Origin: the human T2T-CHM13v2.0 reference genome, Homo sapiens
NCBI RefSeq assembly: GCF_009914755.1
Contig: NC_060935.1
Reading direction: 5' to 3' (one strand)
Length of the DNA: 64,000 nt
In this document: piece after piece, positions 1 to 12,295 of the stretch
Layout of the letters: each line of letters begins with the position of its first letter
How positions within the stretch are numbered: the first letter of the stretch is position 1
Translations under genes and position numbers: made by a program
The notes under the pieces: model-generated
Told to the model about the DNA's origin: nothing
What the model saw: only the letters and a program-made list of their open reading frames with translations
The model's database searches: none

Positions 1-675
1 GATTTACCATGTGATCCAACATATAGGTATTTACCCAAAAGGTTTGAAATCAGTTTGTCAAAGACATGTGTGAACTCCCATGTCTACTGCAGCACTATTC
101 ATGTTAGCCACTTTACAGAATCAACATAGGTGTCCATCAACAGATGAATTAATAAAGAAAATGTGGGAGGCATACATAATAGAATACTATTCAGCCTTAA
201 AAAAGAAGAGAATTCTGTCATCTGCAACAACACAAATGCAGCTGGATAACATTATGCTAAGTGGTATCAGCCAGGCACAGGAAGACATATACCGCATGTA
301 CTTACTTACATGTGGAATCTAAAACAATAGAACTCATAGAAGCAGAGAGTAGAATGGCGGTTACAGAGGCCGGGCTTGGGGGTAGTGGGGAGATGACGGT
401 CAAAGCATACAGAATCTCAATTAGAAAGGAGGAAATTTTTTTAGTTCTCTTACACCGTATGATGAATATAGTTAAGAATAGAGCATTGCGCATTTCAAAA
501 TTGCTAAGAACATAAATTTCAAATCTGCTCACCACAAAAATGTTAAGTATTTGAAGTGGTAGATATGTCAACTATCTTGATTTAATTATTCCACCATGGA
601 TTTGTAAATCAAAATGTCACTTTGTACCCCATAAATTTATACAATTATAAACTGTCAATTTATAATAGAAAATTT
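1..675 (+). mobile_element. Old L1 (L1MA-type) ORF2 end and 3' UTR fragment
   Basis: ORF 80..322 resembles the L1 ORF2 C-terminus (CPSTDELIKKMW...EYYSALKK) and is followed by a typical L1M 3' UTR and an A-rich end. Confidence 0.8.
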
Positions 676-835
676 AAGAAGAAAAATGAGTGCAAATATA
701 TTGGTTATCTTAGTGTATTTTCAAGAAAGATATTTTTAGAATATATTTAATTATGTAATCATCATTGCCTAAAAATTTCAGAAGATTAGGGGAAAATCAA
801 AGAATAGTTTGTATGTTGATGTCTCTCTCTCTCTC

Positions 836-1065
836 TTTTTTTTTTTTTTTTTGGTGATACAGTCTCACTCTGTTGCCCAGCCTGGAGTGCAGTGACACGA
901 TCGTGGTTCACTGAAACCTTGACCTCCCAGGCTTAGGTGATTCTTTCACCTCAGCCTCCTGAGTAGCTGGTAGCTGGGACTATTAGTGTGCACCACCATG
1001 TCTGTCTAATTTTTTGTGTTTTTAGTAGAGATGGGGTTTTGCCATGTTGCCCAGGCTGGACTCAA
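836..1065 (-). mobile_element. 5'-truncated AluJ-type SINE
   Basis: Poly-T at 836-852, then antisense Alu right arm (agtctcactctgttgcccagcctggagtgcagtg), linker and part of the left arm; CpGs decayed. Confidence 0.85.
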
Positions 1066-1870
1066 TGATAGCTCTCTTTAAGAGTTTTTTATGAAAATAT
1101 AATAGGAGGAAGGAAAATAGACGGTTCATGTCATTTGAATCAGATGGAACAGTATGTGAAAATTTCTAGTGGTGAGAGAGACCATAATGCATTTTTAAAA
1201 TGCAAGCAATTCATTGCTACTAAGATATAGAATGTGGATAGTGTTTTAGTGAATGATAAAGAAGTAAGATAGAGTCAGATCATATAGGATCTGCATGCCA
1301 GACTAAGGTTTTGGATTCTATACTGAAGATAATAAGAAGCCAAATTAAGTGTTGCTAAGCACTGGGGAAATGTAAGATTCACATTTTCTCTTGCCAAAAG
1401 TAAAACGAGGGAACCCAGAAAGATGTTTTATTTCTGTATTTCCTTCCCTGTTCCAGACTGTCAGTTTATATGGGCTATATCTTATATCTATATCACTATT
1501 GTCTAGAATAGCAACTAACATAATGTTGGCACTTGATACGTTTGCTGTTGGATTAAGAATTGTAAGTGTGATTTGAAGCAGCATGGCATCTGGTATTGCC
1601 ACTTTCCTCTAGATATTCTTCAGATGTCCTCCTTCCCAAATAAAAGTAATGGAGCACTCTTGTTATTACTTTGTCATCTTTTTTGAGGAATTGATGTACA
1701 ATAAGCTTTGTATATTAAATGTAAATTGATAAGTTTAAGATACATTTATAGGCATGAAAGCATCACCACAATTAAGTTAATGAACACATTCATGACCTTC
1801 GGAAGTTTCCTTGTACACCTTTTAAAATAATATTTTAATCTATTTTTTATTTTAAACTATTTTAGAAGTT

Positions 1871-3205
1871 TATGATAGCAGGTCTCAAGATGGCCCTAAA
1901 GACACCCTTCTTCTCAACATTCACACCCTCACGTAGTTCCCTCCTACAATCATACCAGGGCTGCTCTGTGTGACCAATAAAACGTGGCAGAAGTGTTGGG
2001 GAGTGATGTCAGCAAGATGATGGAATTAGAGTTTTCTATTGTCATCTGACTACCAGCATTGATTTTGACAATAACTCATGAGCAAGAGAATCCTTGTGTG
2101 AGTCTGGGAGTCCAGTGAAAAAGTTCTAGCACATTGTTGGAGCAAAAAATCTGAGAGTAGGCGCATTGAAGAGAGTAAAATGAAGCATTTTCCCTTTAGC
2201 AGTGATACCCTTTTTCTAAGGCAGCATAGCTCAATGCCAAGAAAGCCCCTTTGGCAAGCAATTCCTCTCACGAGGGAAAGTGAGTGTGTAGTGAATGATC
2301 ACCTGGTTTCCTGAGCTGTACAGGACACTAGTTGCTGGGTGTCGCTGCCTCTCTTCCTTGCTCCCAGCCTTCCCCAGCCACTCAGCCATGCTAAGCCCCT
2401 CATTATTCTGAGTGGGACTAGAAAGAGGTGGACCTCTTGGACAGTGGGGAAAATAGGGAGATGTTGTTGAGGGTGTACAGACTTTCAGCTATAGATGAAT
2501 AAATTCTGGAGATCTAATGTATAGCATGGTAACTATAGTTAAGAATAATGTATTGTATATTTGAAATCTGCTGAGAGTAGGTTTTAAATGTTCTCTTCAA
2601 ACACAAACACACACACACACATACACTCAAAGGTAAATATGTGAGGTGATGGATATATTAATTAGCTTGACTGTGGTTCTCATTTTTCAGTATATGCATA
2701 TATTAAACATTACATTGTACATATTAAATATATGCAATTTTCATTTGTCAATCATACCTCAATAAACCTGGAGCAAAAGAAAATTAAACTAACTGTTGGT
2801 ATGTCACTTCTGAGATTAGATTATAGTAGATACTCTATATTTCACCTCTCTCTTTCTCTCTTTCTTCCCTCTTTCCTCCAGCCCCACTGTGGTTCACTCA
2901 CTTTTGGAGAAGCTGTGTTATGTCCAGATCTAATGAGAGGCTCACCAGATAATGAAGTGAAGCTTCCTCCCAAGAGCCATCTGAATGAGCTTTGAGGAAC
3001 ACCCCCCGGCCCTGATCAAGTCTTCAGACACTTCAGGCAGGTCCAACAACTAGTTGTAACTTCTCAAGAAAACCTGAGCTACACCTCCCTAGTTAAACCT
3101 TTACTGGATTCCTGACTCTCAGAAAATGTGTGAGATGATAACATCTCTTGTTTTAAATTGATTAATTCTGCGGTGATTGTTATACAATAAAAGATAACCA
3201 ATACA
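1871..3205 (+). mobile_element. MLT1 (MLT1F-like) MaLR solo LTR, split by an L1 insertion at ~2000-2790
   Basis: LTR-like start (tatgatagcagg...gatggccc...ccaataaaacgtggcagaagtg) resumes at 2791 (tgttggtatgtcacttctgag) and ends ...gataaccaataca at 3205. Confidence 0.7.
2000..2790 (+). mobile_element. Internally deleted L1M (5' terminus joined to an L1MA9/10-like 3' end)
   Basis: GGGAGTGATGTCAGCAAGATG-type L1M 5' start at ~1999; L1MA 3' UTR from ~2445 to aataaa plus A-rich tail; TSD aagtgttgg (1991-1999) / aactgttgg (2791-2799). Confidence 0.7.
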
Positions 3206-3329
3206 TTGTTTTCAATTCTTTAACTACATTTTAACTATTTTTAAAAAGATAATATCTCCACTAATTTTGAAAAAAAACAACATAAGCCCAGAGGAGTTTA
3301 TAAAGTCTTTATCACTGACTTTTGTTCCC

Positions 3330-4009
3330 CAGATTCTCTTTTTTTTTTTTGACCTTACCCCCCCATCTTTTTTTAAATTATACTTTAAGTTCTAGGGCAC
3401 ATGTGCACAATGTGCAGGTTTGTTACATAGGTAGGTATACATGTGTCATGTTGGTTGCTGCACCCACCAACTCATCATTTACATGAGGTATTTCTCCTAA
3501 TGCTATCCCTCCCCCAGCCCCCCATGCCACGACTGGCCCCAGTGTGTGATGTTCCCCTCCCTGTGTCCATGTGTTCTCATTGTTCAATTCCCACCTATGA
3601 GTGAGAACATGCGGTGTTTGGTTTTCTGTCCTTGTGATAGTTTGCTGAGAATGATGGTTTCCAGCTTCATCCATGTCCCTACAAAGGACATGAACTCATC
3701 CCTTTTTATGGCTGCATAGTATTCCATGGTGTATATGTGCCACATTTTCTTAATCCAGTCTATCATTGATGGACATTTGGGATTTGGGTTGGTTCCAAGT
3801 CTATGCTATTGTGCATGGTGGGAGTATAAATTAGTTCAAGCATTGTGGAAGACAGTGTGACGATTCCTCAAGGATCTAGAACTAGAAATACCATTTGACC
3901 CAGCGATCCCATTACTAGGTATATACCCAAAGGATTATAAATCATGCTACTATAAAGACACATGCATGCATATGTTTATTGTGGCAGTATTCACAGATTC
4001 TCTTTTTTT
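3330..4009 (-). mobile_element. 5'-inverted (twin-primed) L1PA fragment with TSD
   Basis: Antisense L1PA 3' end 3368-3813; sense-oriented upstream piece ~3816-3995; TSD cagattctcttttttt at 3330-3345 and 3994-4009. Confidence 0.85.
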
Positions 4010-6520
4010 CTATCCATGAACATGGAATGTTTTTCCATTTGTTTGTATCATCTCTGATTTCTTTGAGCTGTGTTTGTAAGTTTCATTGTAGGGATCTTTT
4101 CCCTTCTTGCCTAGCTGTATTGCTAGGTATTTTATTCTTTTTATGACAATTGTGAATGAGATTACATTTCTTATTTGGCTCTTGGCTTGGATGCTGTTGG
4201 TGTATATGAGTGCTAGTAATTTTTGTATATTGATTTCATGTTGTGAAACTATGCTAAAGTTGTTTATCAGCTGAAGGAGCTTTTGGGCTGAGACTGTGGG
4301 GTTTTCTAGAAATAGAATCATGTCCTCTGCCAGCAGGGGTAGTTTGTCTTCCTCTTTTCCTATCTGGATGCCTTTTATTTATTTCTCTTGCCTGATTTCT
4401 CTGGCCAGGACTTTCAATACTATGTTGAATAGGAGTGGTGAGAGAAGGCATCCTTGTCTTGTGCTGGTTTTCAAGGGGGAATGCTTCTAGCTTTTACCCA
4501 TTCAGCATAATGTTGGCTGTGGATTTCTCATAGATGGCTCATATTATTTTGAAGTATGTTTTTTCAATACTTAATTTATTAAGGGTTTTTACCATGAAAG
4601 CATGTTATATGTTATCAAGCACTTTTCCTGCATCTATTGAAATAATCATGTAGTTTTTGTCTTTAGTTTTGTTTGTCTAATGAATCGCATTTATTGATTG
4701 TGGATGTTAAACAAACTTTGCATCCCAGTGATAAAGCCTACTTGATCATAATGTGTTAGCTTTTTCATGTGCTGCTGGGTTCGATTTGCCAGTATTTTAT
4801 TGAAAATTTTGGGATCTATGTTCATCAGGGATATTGACCTGAAGTTTTCTTTTTTTGTTGTGTCTCTGCCAAGTTCCGGTATCAGGATGATGCTGGCCTC
4901 ATAGATGAGTTGGGAAGGACTCCCTCCTCAATATTTTGCAATAGTTTCAGTAAGAATGGTACCAGCTCTTCTTTGTACATCTAGTAAAATTCAACAGTGA
5001 ATCCATCTGGTCCTGAGCATTTTTTTTGGTAGGCTATTTATTACTGATTCAATTTTGGAACTTACTATCATTTTGTTCAGGATTCAATTTCTTTGTGGTT
5101 CAGACTTGGAAGGGTGTATGTGGCCAGAAATTTATCCATTTCTTACAGATTTTCTAGTTTCTGAGCATAGAGGTATTCATAATAGTCTTTGATGGCTATT
5201 CATATTTCTATGGGGTCAGTAGTAATATTTCCTTTGCCATTTCTAATTGTGTTTATTTGGGTGAATATATATTTAGGTTAGATCTTCTTGTTCAATTTAA
5301 CCTTTACCATTATGTAATGCCTGTCTTTGTCTTTTTTTATCTTTTGGTCTGAAAATAGGATTGCAATCCCTGCTTCTATTAAATTTTCATTTGCTTGGTT
5401 GATTTTTCTCCATTCCCCTTTTATTTATTTATTGAGCCTGAGTGTCATTTCATGTGAGATGAATCTCTTAAAGACAGCATAGCTTTGGCTCTTGCTTCTT
5501 TATCCAGCTTGACACTCTGCCTTTTAATTGGGGCTTTTAGCCCATTTACATTAAAAGTTAGTATGATATGTATGGATTAGATTCTGTCACTGTGTTGTTA
5601 GCTGGTTATTATGCAGACTTTTTTATGTGGTTGCTTTATAGTGTCACTGGTCTATGTACTTAAGTGCATTTTTGAATTAGATGGTAAGAGTGTTTCCATA
5701 TTTAGCACTCCTTTCAGGAGCTCTTGTATGGCAAATCTGGGGGTTTTAAATTCTCTCAGGATTTGCTTATCTAAAAATAATCTTATTTCTTCTTCACTTA
5801 TAAAGTTTACTTTGGCTGGGTATGAAATTCTTGGTTGGAGATTTTTGTCTTTAAGAATGTCGACGTAGACTTTCAATCTTTTCTGGCTTCTAAGGTTTCT
5901 GCTGAAAGGTATTTTGTTAGCTTGATGGGGTTTCCTTTGTAGGTGACCTGCCCTTTCTCTCTAGCTGCCTTTAACATTCTTTCTTTTACTAAAACCTTGG
6001 GAAACCCGATGATTATGTGTCTTGGGGACGATCTTCTTATGTAGTACCTTGCAGGGGTTCTCTGCACTTCCTAACTTTGAATGTTGTCTTCTCTAGCAAG
6101 GTTGCTGAAATTTTCATGGATGATATCATAAAATATGTTTTCAAAGTTGTTTGCTTTTCTCCCAGTGTCTTTCAGGGATGCCAGTTGCCAGTGACTCATA
6201 GTTTTGGCCTCTTTATGTAATTCCTTATTTCTTGAGGGTTTTGTTTATTCCTTTTTACTCTTTTTTCTTTACGTTGGTCTGACTGTCTTATTTCAGAGAT
6301 CCAGTCTTCAAGCTCTGAGATTCTTTCCCCATCTTGGTCTATTCTGCTGTTAATACTTGTGACTGCATTCTGAAGTTTTTGCAGTGTGTTTTTTAGCTCC
6401 ATCAGATCAGTTACATTCTTTTTTATACTGTCTATTTCATCTGTCAGCTTCTGTATCATTTTATTGTGATTCTTAGCTTCCTTGGATTGGGTTTCAACAT
6501 TATCCTTAATCTCAATGATT
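4010..6520 (-). mobile_element. Older L1 (L1PA13-16/L1PB-type) ORF1-ORF2 fragment with an internal deletion near 5262
   Basis: Minus-strand ORF pieces resemble ORF2 ([18 protein letters not shown]) and ORF1 (LQPRISYPAK, KAAREKGQVTYKGNPI, coiled coil 6196-6459). Confidence 0.85.
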
Positions 6521-6521
6521 T

Positions 6522-6534
6522 TATCTATCTATCG

Positions 6535-6578
<44 letters not shown>
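6522..6578. repeat. (TATC)n tetranucleotide STR, ~14 units with one GATC interruption
   Basis: Read directly. Confidence 0.95.
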
Positions 6579-6669
6579 CTCCTGGATGGCATTTTCAGGC
6601 ACTAGGAAAGTCATAGCCATGCTGCACAGGCCTTTAGATCTTATAATATTCACGTCATATATCTGGGAA

Positions 6670-7540
<871 letters not shown>

Positions 7541-8759
7541 GCTGAACAAATTTTATGCATAAAAAGTTGACACACATTAGACATGTTATGAAATGATAGA
7601 ATTCAAAGTACCAATTATAACAGAGAAAAAATACATAAGAGTCAAGAATATTTCTCCATCTCAAAATATAACTTCAAAATAATTGCAACAATGGTCACTG
7701 AAATTAAAAATATAATTGGTATATCAAAATTTGTAGAGACTTTAATGCAACTCTTATAAAAACAAGCTGTTTGAGAACGCAAAAGTAAGTAAAAGTAAAG
7801 AGAATGTGCATTTAAAAAATAATTGGAGAATGTATATTGCTTTTAAATACAACTGAATTATTGTTAAATGTCCATTTTTTAAAGTCACATACACACACAT
7901 GCGCACACACACACACGTGCCCCAAATTATAAGCCTATATATCACTTGAAATTCAAAATAAAATCTAACCCCACTAACTTATTTATCTGCGGATTAAATA
8001 CATAATAGAAAATAATCAATGGCTTAAAATGAATGCCCAAACAGAAATTAGGTTACATTTTAATTTAAACAAAAACAAAGCTCAACATAGAAAAATGACT
8101 GGTGTTCATTCAAATCAGTACTGAGGAGGAAATGTCAGTTACTAACTTATTTTTCTCCTAATTACATTAGAAAGGTCATAATACAAGAAAATCTCCACTA
8201 TCCCACAAATAAACCATGTGTACCACACCCTACCTGATTCATAAGTCTGTCCTTTGATTTATCACTCTGCATTAATATATGTTATGTGCCTTTCTCTCTC
8301 AAACTGGATAAGGAGACTTTCTGGAAGAACAGAGCATCAGGAGAAAAAGTCTTGCCTATCAATAGAAAGTGCTGGTTCAAACAATTAATACAGGCAAGGA
8401 TTCAATCCATACTGGTCAATTTAATTGCCTTCTACCAGTTCCTCTCTATGAACATATGAACATAAACACATATACACACCACATTTTCTAAAAGATTACA
8501 ACTATTTATCCAGAAACAAAAAGACAAAGCAAACCCAGCAAAAACATGAAAACAAACAAATGGATATATTTTGTGGTTGGGACATTTCACTGAAGGTGAC
8601 TGTGAAATAATATTTATCTACCAATACACTCATAATTATTTTAAATTTTATTCAGGGTATCTCACTTTCTCTGTACCCAAATTCCTTGGTGTCTCTTCTC
8701 TCCTCCCTAGTGGCTGCTTCATCATGAATGCTAAGAGAGACCCTCCAAACTCCAACTGG

Positions 8760-9701
8760 TTAGTGATCTGTCTTGAAGAAAATCCTCAGCACTGTCTCCC
8801 TAATATGTTTGATTCTGACCCCATAGATTACAGGATTGAGGGTGGGAGGAACAACCACATATAGATTAGCCAAGAAAATGTGGATATATTGGGGAATATC
8901 ATGGCCAAAGCAGTGTGTAAAGAAAGAGAAAAATGCTGGTGTAGAAAAGGCTAAGATAACACCAATGTGAGAGCCACAGGTGTTGAGAGCTTTGAGTCGA
9001 GCTTCCCAGGAGGGCAGGCAGAAGACAGCATAGAGGATCCTGATATGGGAGAGAATAATAAGGAGCACATCCAATAACAAGAGAGAAATACTGCCAAGAC
9101 CAAACATAATGTTGACTTTGATGCTGGCACAGGCCAGACGGGCAATGCCCATGTGCTCACAGTAAGTATGAGGGATGATACGATGTCCACAGAAGGGCAA
9201 CCTTAAGAGGAGAAACACCAGTGGAATGACCATGTACAAGCTCCTCAGGACAGCAATGCCTGCAATGAGGCTGATGATTTTGCTGGTGAGGATCATGGTG
9301 TACCAAAGAGGTTTGCAAATGGCAATGTAGCGGTCAAAGGCCATGGCCACCAATACGATGCTCTCCATGACAGTGAAGAAATGGATGAAGAACATCTGAG
9401 AAAGGTAGCCTCCAAAAGATATTTCCTTGATATTGAACCAGAAGATGCCCAGCATTTTGGGAATGGTGGCCGTAGACAAGCTCAGGTCAATGGAATCCAA
9501 CATGGCCAGGCAGTAGTACATGGGCTCATGGAGACTCTGCTCAGTTTGGATCACAAAGAAGATAGCAGCATTTCCCAGGAGTGCAATAAGATACACAGAG
9601 AAAAAAGGGAATCCAATCCAGATGTGCACATCTTCTAGCCCTGGGATACCCAGCAGTAGGAATGAAGAAGTATGGAACTGGGTGTCGTTAGCTATAGGCA
9701 T
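8760..9701 (-). CDS. OR52E6: Olfactory receptor 52E6 (class I OR, 313 aa)
   Basis: Single-exon ORF from ATG at 9701 (MPIANDT...) to TAA at 8762-8760; OR motifs [41 protein letters not shown]; sequence recognised as OR52E6. The ORF track starts 4 codons earlier at a GTG. Confidence 0.9.
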   Translation of the reverse strand: MPIANDTQFHTSSFLLLGIPGLEDVHIWIGFPFFSVYLIALLGNAAIFFVIQTEQSLHEPMYYCLAMLDSIDLSLSTATIPKMLGIFWFNIKEISFGGYLSQMFFIHFFTVMESIVLVAMAFDRYIAICKPLWYTMILTSKIISLIAGIAVLRSLYMVIPLVFLLLRLPFCGHRIIPHTYCEHMGIARLACASIKVNIMFGLGSISLLLLDVLLIILSHIRILYAVFCLPSWEARLKALNTCGSHIGVILAFSTPAFFSFFTHCFGHDIPQYIHIFLANLYVVVPPTLNPVIYGVRIKHIRETVLRIFFKTDH

Positions 9702-9794
9702 TCTTTCTGTCACAAAAAGCTGTTGTGTGTATCAGTGACAATTATTGACTTTCCATTAGTGATTCTTGCTCCACTTCTCACTTTATCCTGATTC

Positions 9795-9812
9795 CTGGTA
9801 AAATAAAAAATA
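9795..9812 (-). promoter_or_regulatory. Predicted splice acceptor of the OR52E6 coding exon
   Basis: Minus strand ttttttattttaccAG|gaa, 93 nt upstream of the ATG; the OR52E8 copy has an AG at the same offset. Confidence 0.6.
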
Positions 9813-10284
9813 GCATTGTACTCTTCTTGGTTCCTTTCTGAAAAAGAGTAAAATACCTCTTACTCTGCTAGGGTCATATGAGCATGAAACAGAATCAATA
9901 ATTAAATCAGCTTCACCTGATTGCCACTTTTCCTACCAGAATTTATTACACATGAGGAATAAAGTGGGGAGAAACCTCTATCTGCCTGACAGAAATTTAT
10001 AATGAAGAGTCTATGCAGAAACTAATTTTAAAAATAAGATTTCAGAACCTATGAATCTGATCGTTTTACACTCATTTTTCTTAACTTTCAGGCTGATTTT
10101 TATCTGTAATCTCTGTTAATCCCTTACTAGAGATCCTGCTAACAATAAAGTTTATATTTGTGCACTGAGTGTGTGTTTGTGTGTATCTATGCATTTCTAC
10201 ATGAATTGTAGAGTACTAGTGGGTTTACTTTTAGAGCAGAGAGAAAAAGCCTATATTTACACATACATGTAATATTTATTATTT

Positions 10285-10717
10285 ATTTCTTTTTTTATTA
10301 TTATGCTTTAAATTTTTGGATACATGTACAGAATGTGCAGGTTTGTTACACAGGTATCCACGTGCCATGATGGTTTGCTGCACCCATCAGCCCGTCATCT
10401 ACATTAGGTTGTTCTCCTAATGCTATCCCACCCTTAGCCCCCAAACCCCCGACAGGCCCCAGTGTGTGTTGTTCCCCTCCCTGTGTCCATGTATTCTTAT
10501 TGTTCAACCCCTACTTATGAGTAAGAACATTCATTGTTTGGTTTTCTGTTCTTGTGATAGTTTGCTGAGAATGATGGTTTCCAGCTTCATCCATGTCCCT
10601 GCAAAGGACATGAACTCATCCTTTTTTATAAGTGCATAGTATTCCATGGTATATATGCGCCACATTTTCTTTATCCACTCTATTATTCACAGGCATTTGG
10701 GTTGGTTTCAAGTCTTT
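10285..10717 (-). mobile_element. 5'-truncated L1PA (PA7-10-like) 3' end
   Basis: Antisense L1PA 3' UTR with T-rich tail. Confidence 0.85.
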
Positions 10718-11959
10718 GAAAAGCGTATATTTTTTATATACCACTTAAGAGTTCTCAATTTTAAATGTTAATCAAGTTAATAAATTGAAAACCAGACAGC
10801 AAAAAATTTTAATGTGATGTTTCAGAAAATAAACAACTCCTTGATCATCACAATTTCTTTTGCAAAAAGAATACTGTATCCATCATTTTTGGAAATTGGG
10901 TAAAGAAAATTAAAGGAAGATAATTAATGAAAAGTATTTTGCACTTAAAGCTAAATATGGAATAAAAGATTAATTTAGATAAATACACCATATATAGAAC
11001 CCATAAAAAAACACATACATTGAAGAAACTCTAGAGAGTGGGTTTTTTCTTCTAGAGAATTTTAAATATTATCTCAGACTTACATGGACAGGGAGAAGAA
11101 TTTTATTTTACAATATATTTCCTACCAATGCTGTTCTCCATCTGGTATGTTAGTGTCTTTATGGAACTTTGCTTTTCACGGCACAGAAATAAAAACATTT
11201 ATATGATTTTGTTTTGTAACACTCTTTCTGTCTATGGAAAGATTCCGGGCTCATTTATAATAAATTAAATGTTTCAAAAATCAATGTGAGAGATGTTTAT
11301 TATTGAGCAAATTCTTTTCTAAAACTAGTTGTACAGATAATGTGGAGTGATTGTGAATTACACAATTGACCAGAACACTTTGATTCAAATTTGGGAATAC
11401 GTGGAGGCTTGAAGAAGTCAGAGTCGAGAGGTCTCCATTAGAAGCAAATAAGATCAGTACGCTCTACTTTAAACCTGTAACAAGGCAAGTGTCTAAAAAA
11501 AACCTACCATTTGAAGCTAATGATGGCTAGCAGAAATGGGAGAAAATTGGGGAAATTACCTCAAGAAGGAGAATATATACATGGTTATTGAGGCTGTTGA
11601 GAATAGCTTTAAAGTTCTCAGATCTGTAATAGGAAAGTCAAAGATAAAGACACAATTCTTTCTTTCCCCATTAGTGAATAATACATGAGGGATGTAGAAG
11701 GGTACACTTCACAATTTATTCCATCAAATATCTAAGAGGTCCTATATTTGCCAGCCAGCATTCATTTGAATAATACCTGTCAAACACTCTCAAAAAGACC
11801 ACAGTGCAGACAGAGACACAATTCCAAAGAAGAAATTTGAAAGCTGCATTGCAAGTACTATGATAAAAACACCCATCAAATGTTGTAGGTGTAGAGATGG
11901 GGCAATGAAAATTCCAGGGAAGAAGTTGGGCTTTGGCTGTGACTTAAAGAGAAAATCCT

Positions 11960-12295
11960 TAATATATATATTTTATATATAATATATATTTATATATATA
12001 TTTTTATATATAATATATATTTATATATATTTTTATATATAATATATATTATATATATTATATATATTATATATTATATATATTATATTATATATAATAT
12101 ATATTATATATAATATATATTATATATATTATATATAATATATATTATATATAATATATATAATATATATTATATATATTATATATATTTATATATATAT
12201 TATATATAATATATATTTTTATATATTTTTATATAATATATATTTATATATTATATATTTTATTATCTATTTTTTTTTTTATATATATATAATTT
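11960..12295. repeat. Long AT-only low-complexity/(TA)n tract
   Basis: About 305 consecutive A/T bases (11960-12266) built from TATA/TAAT/TATT units. Confidence 0.95.
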
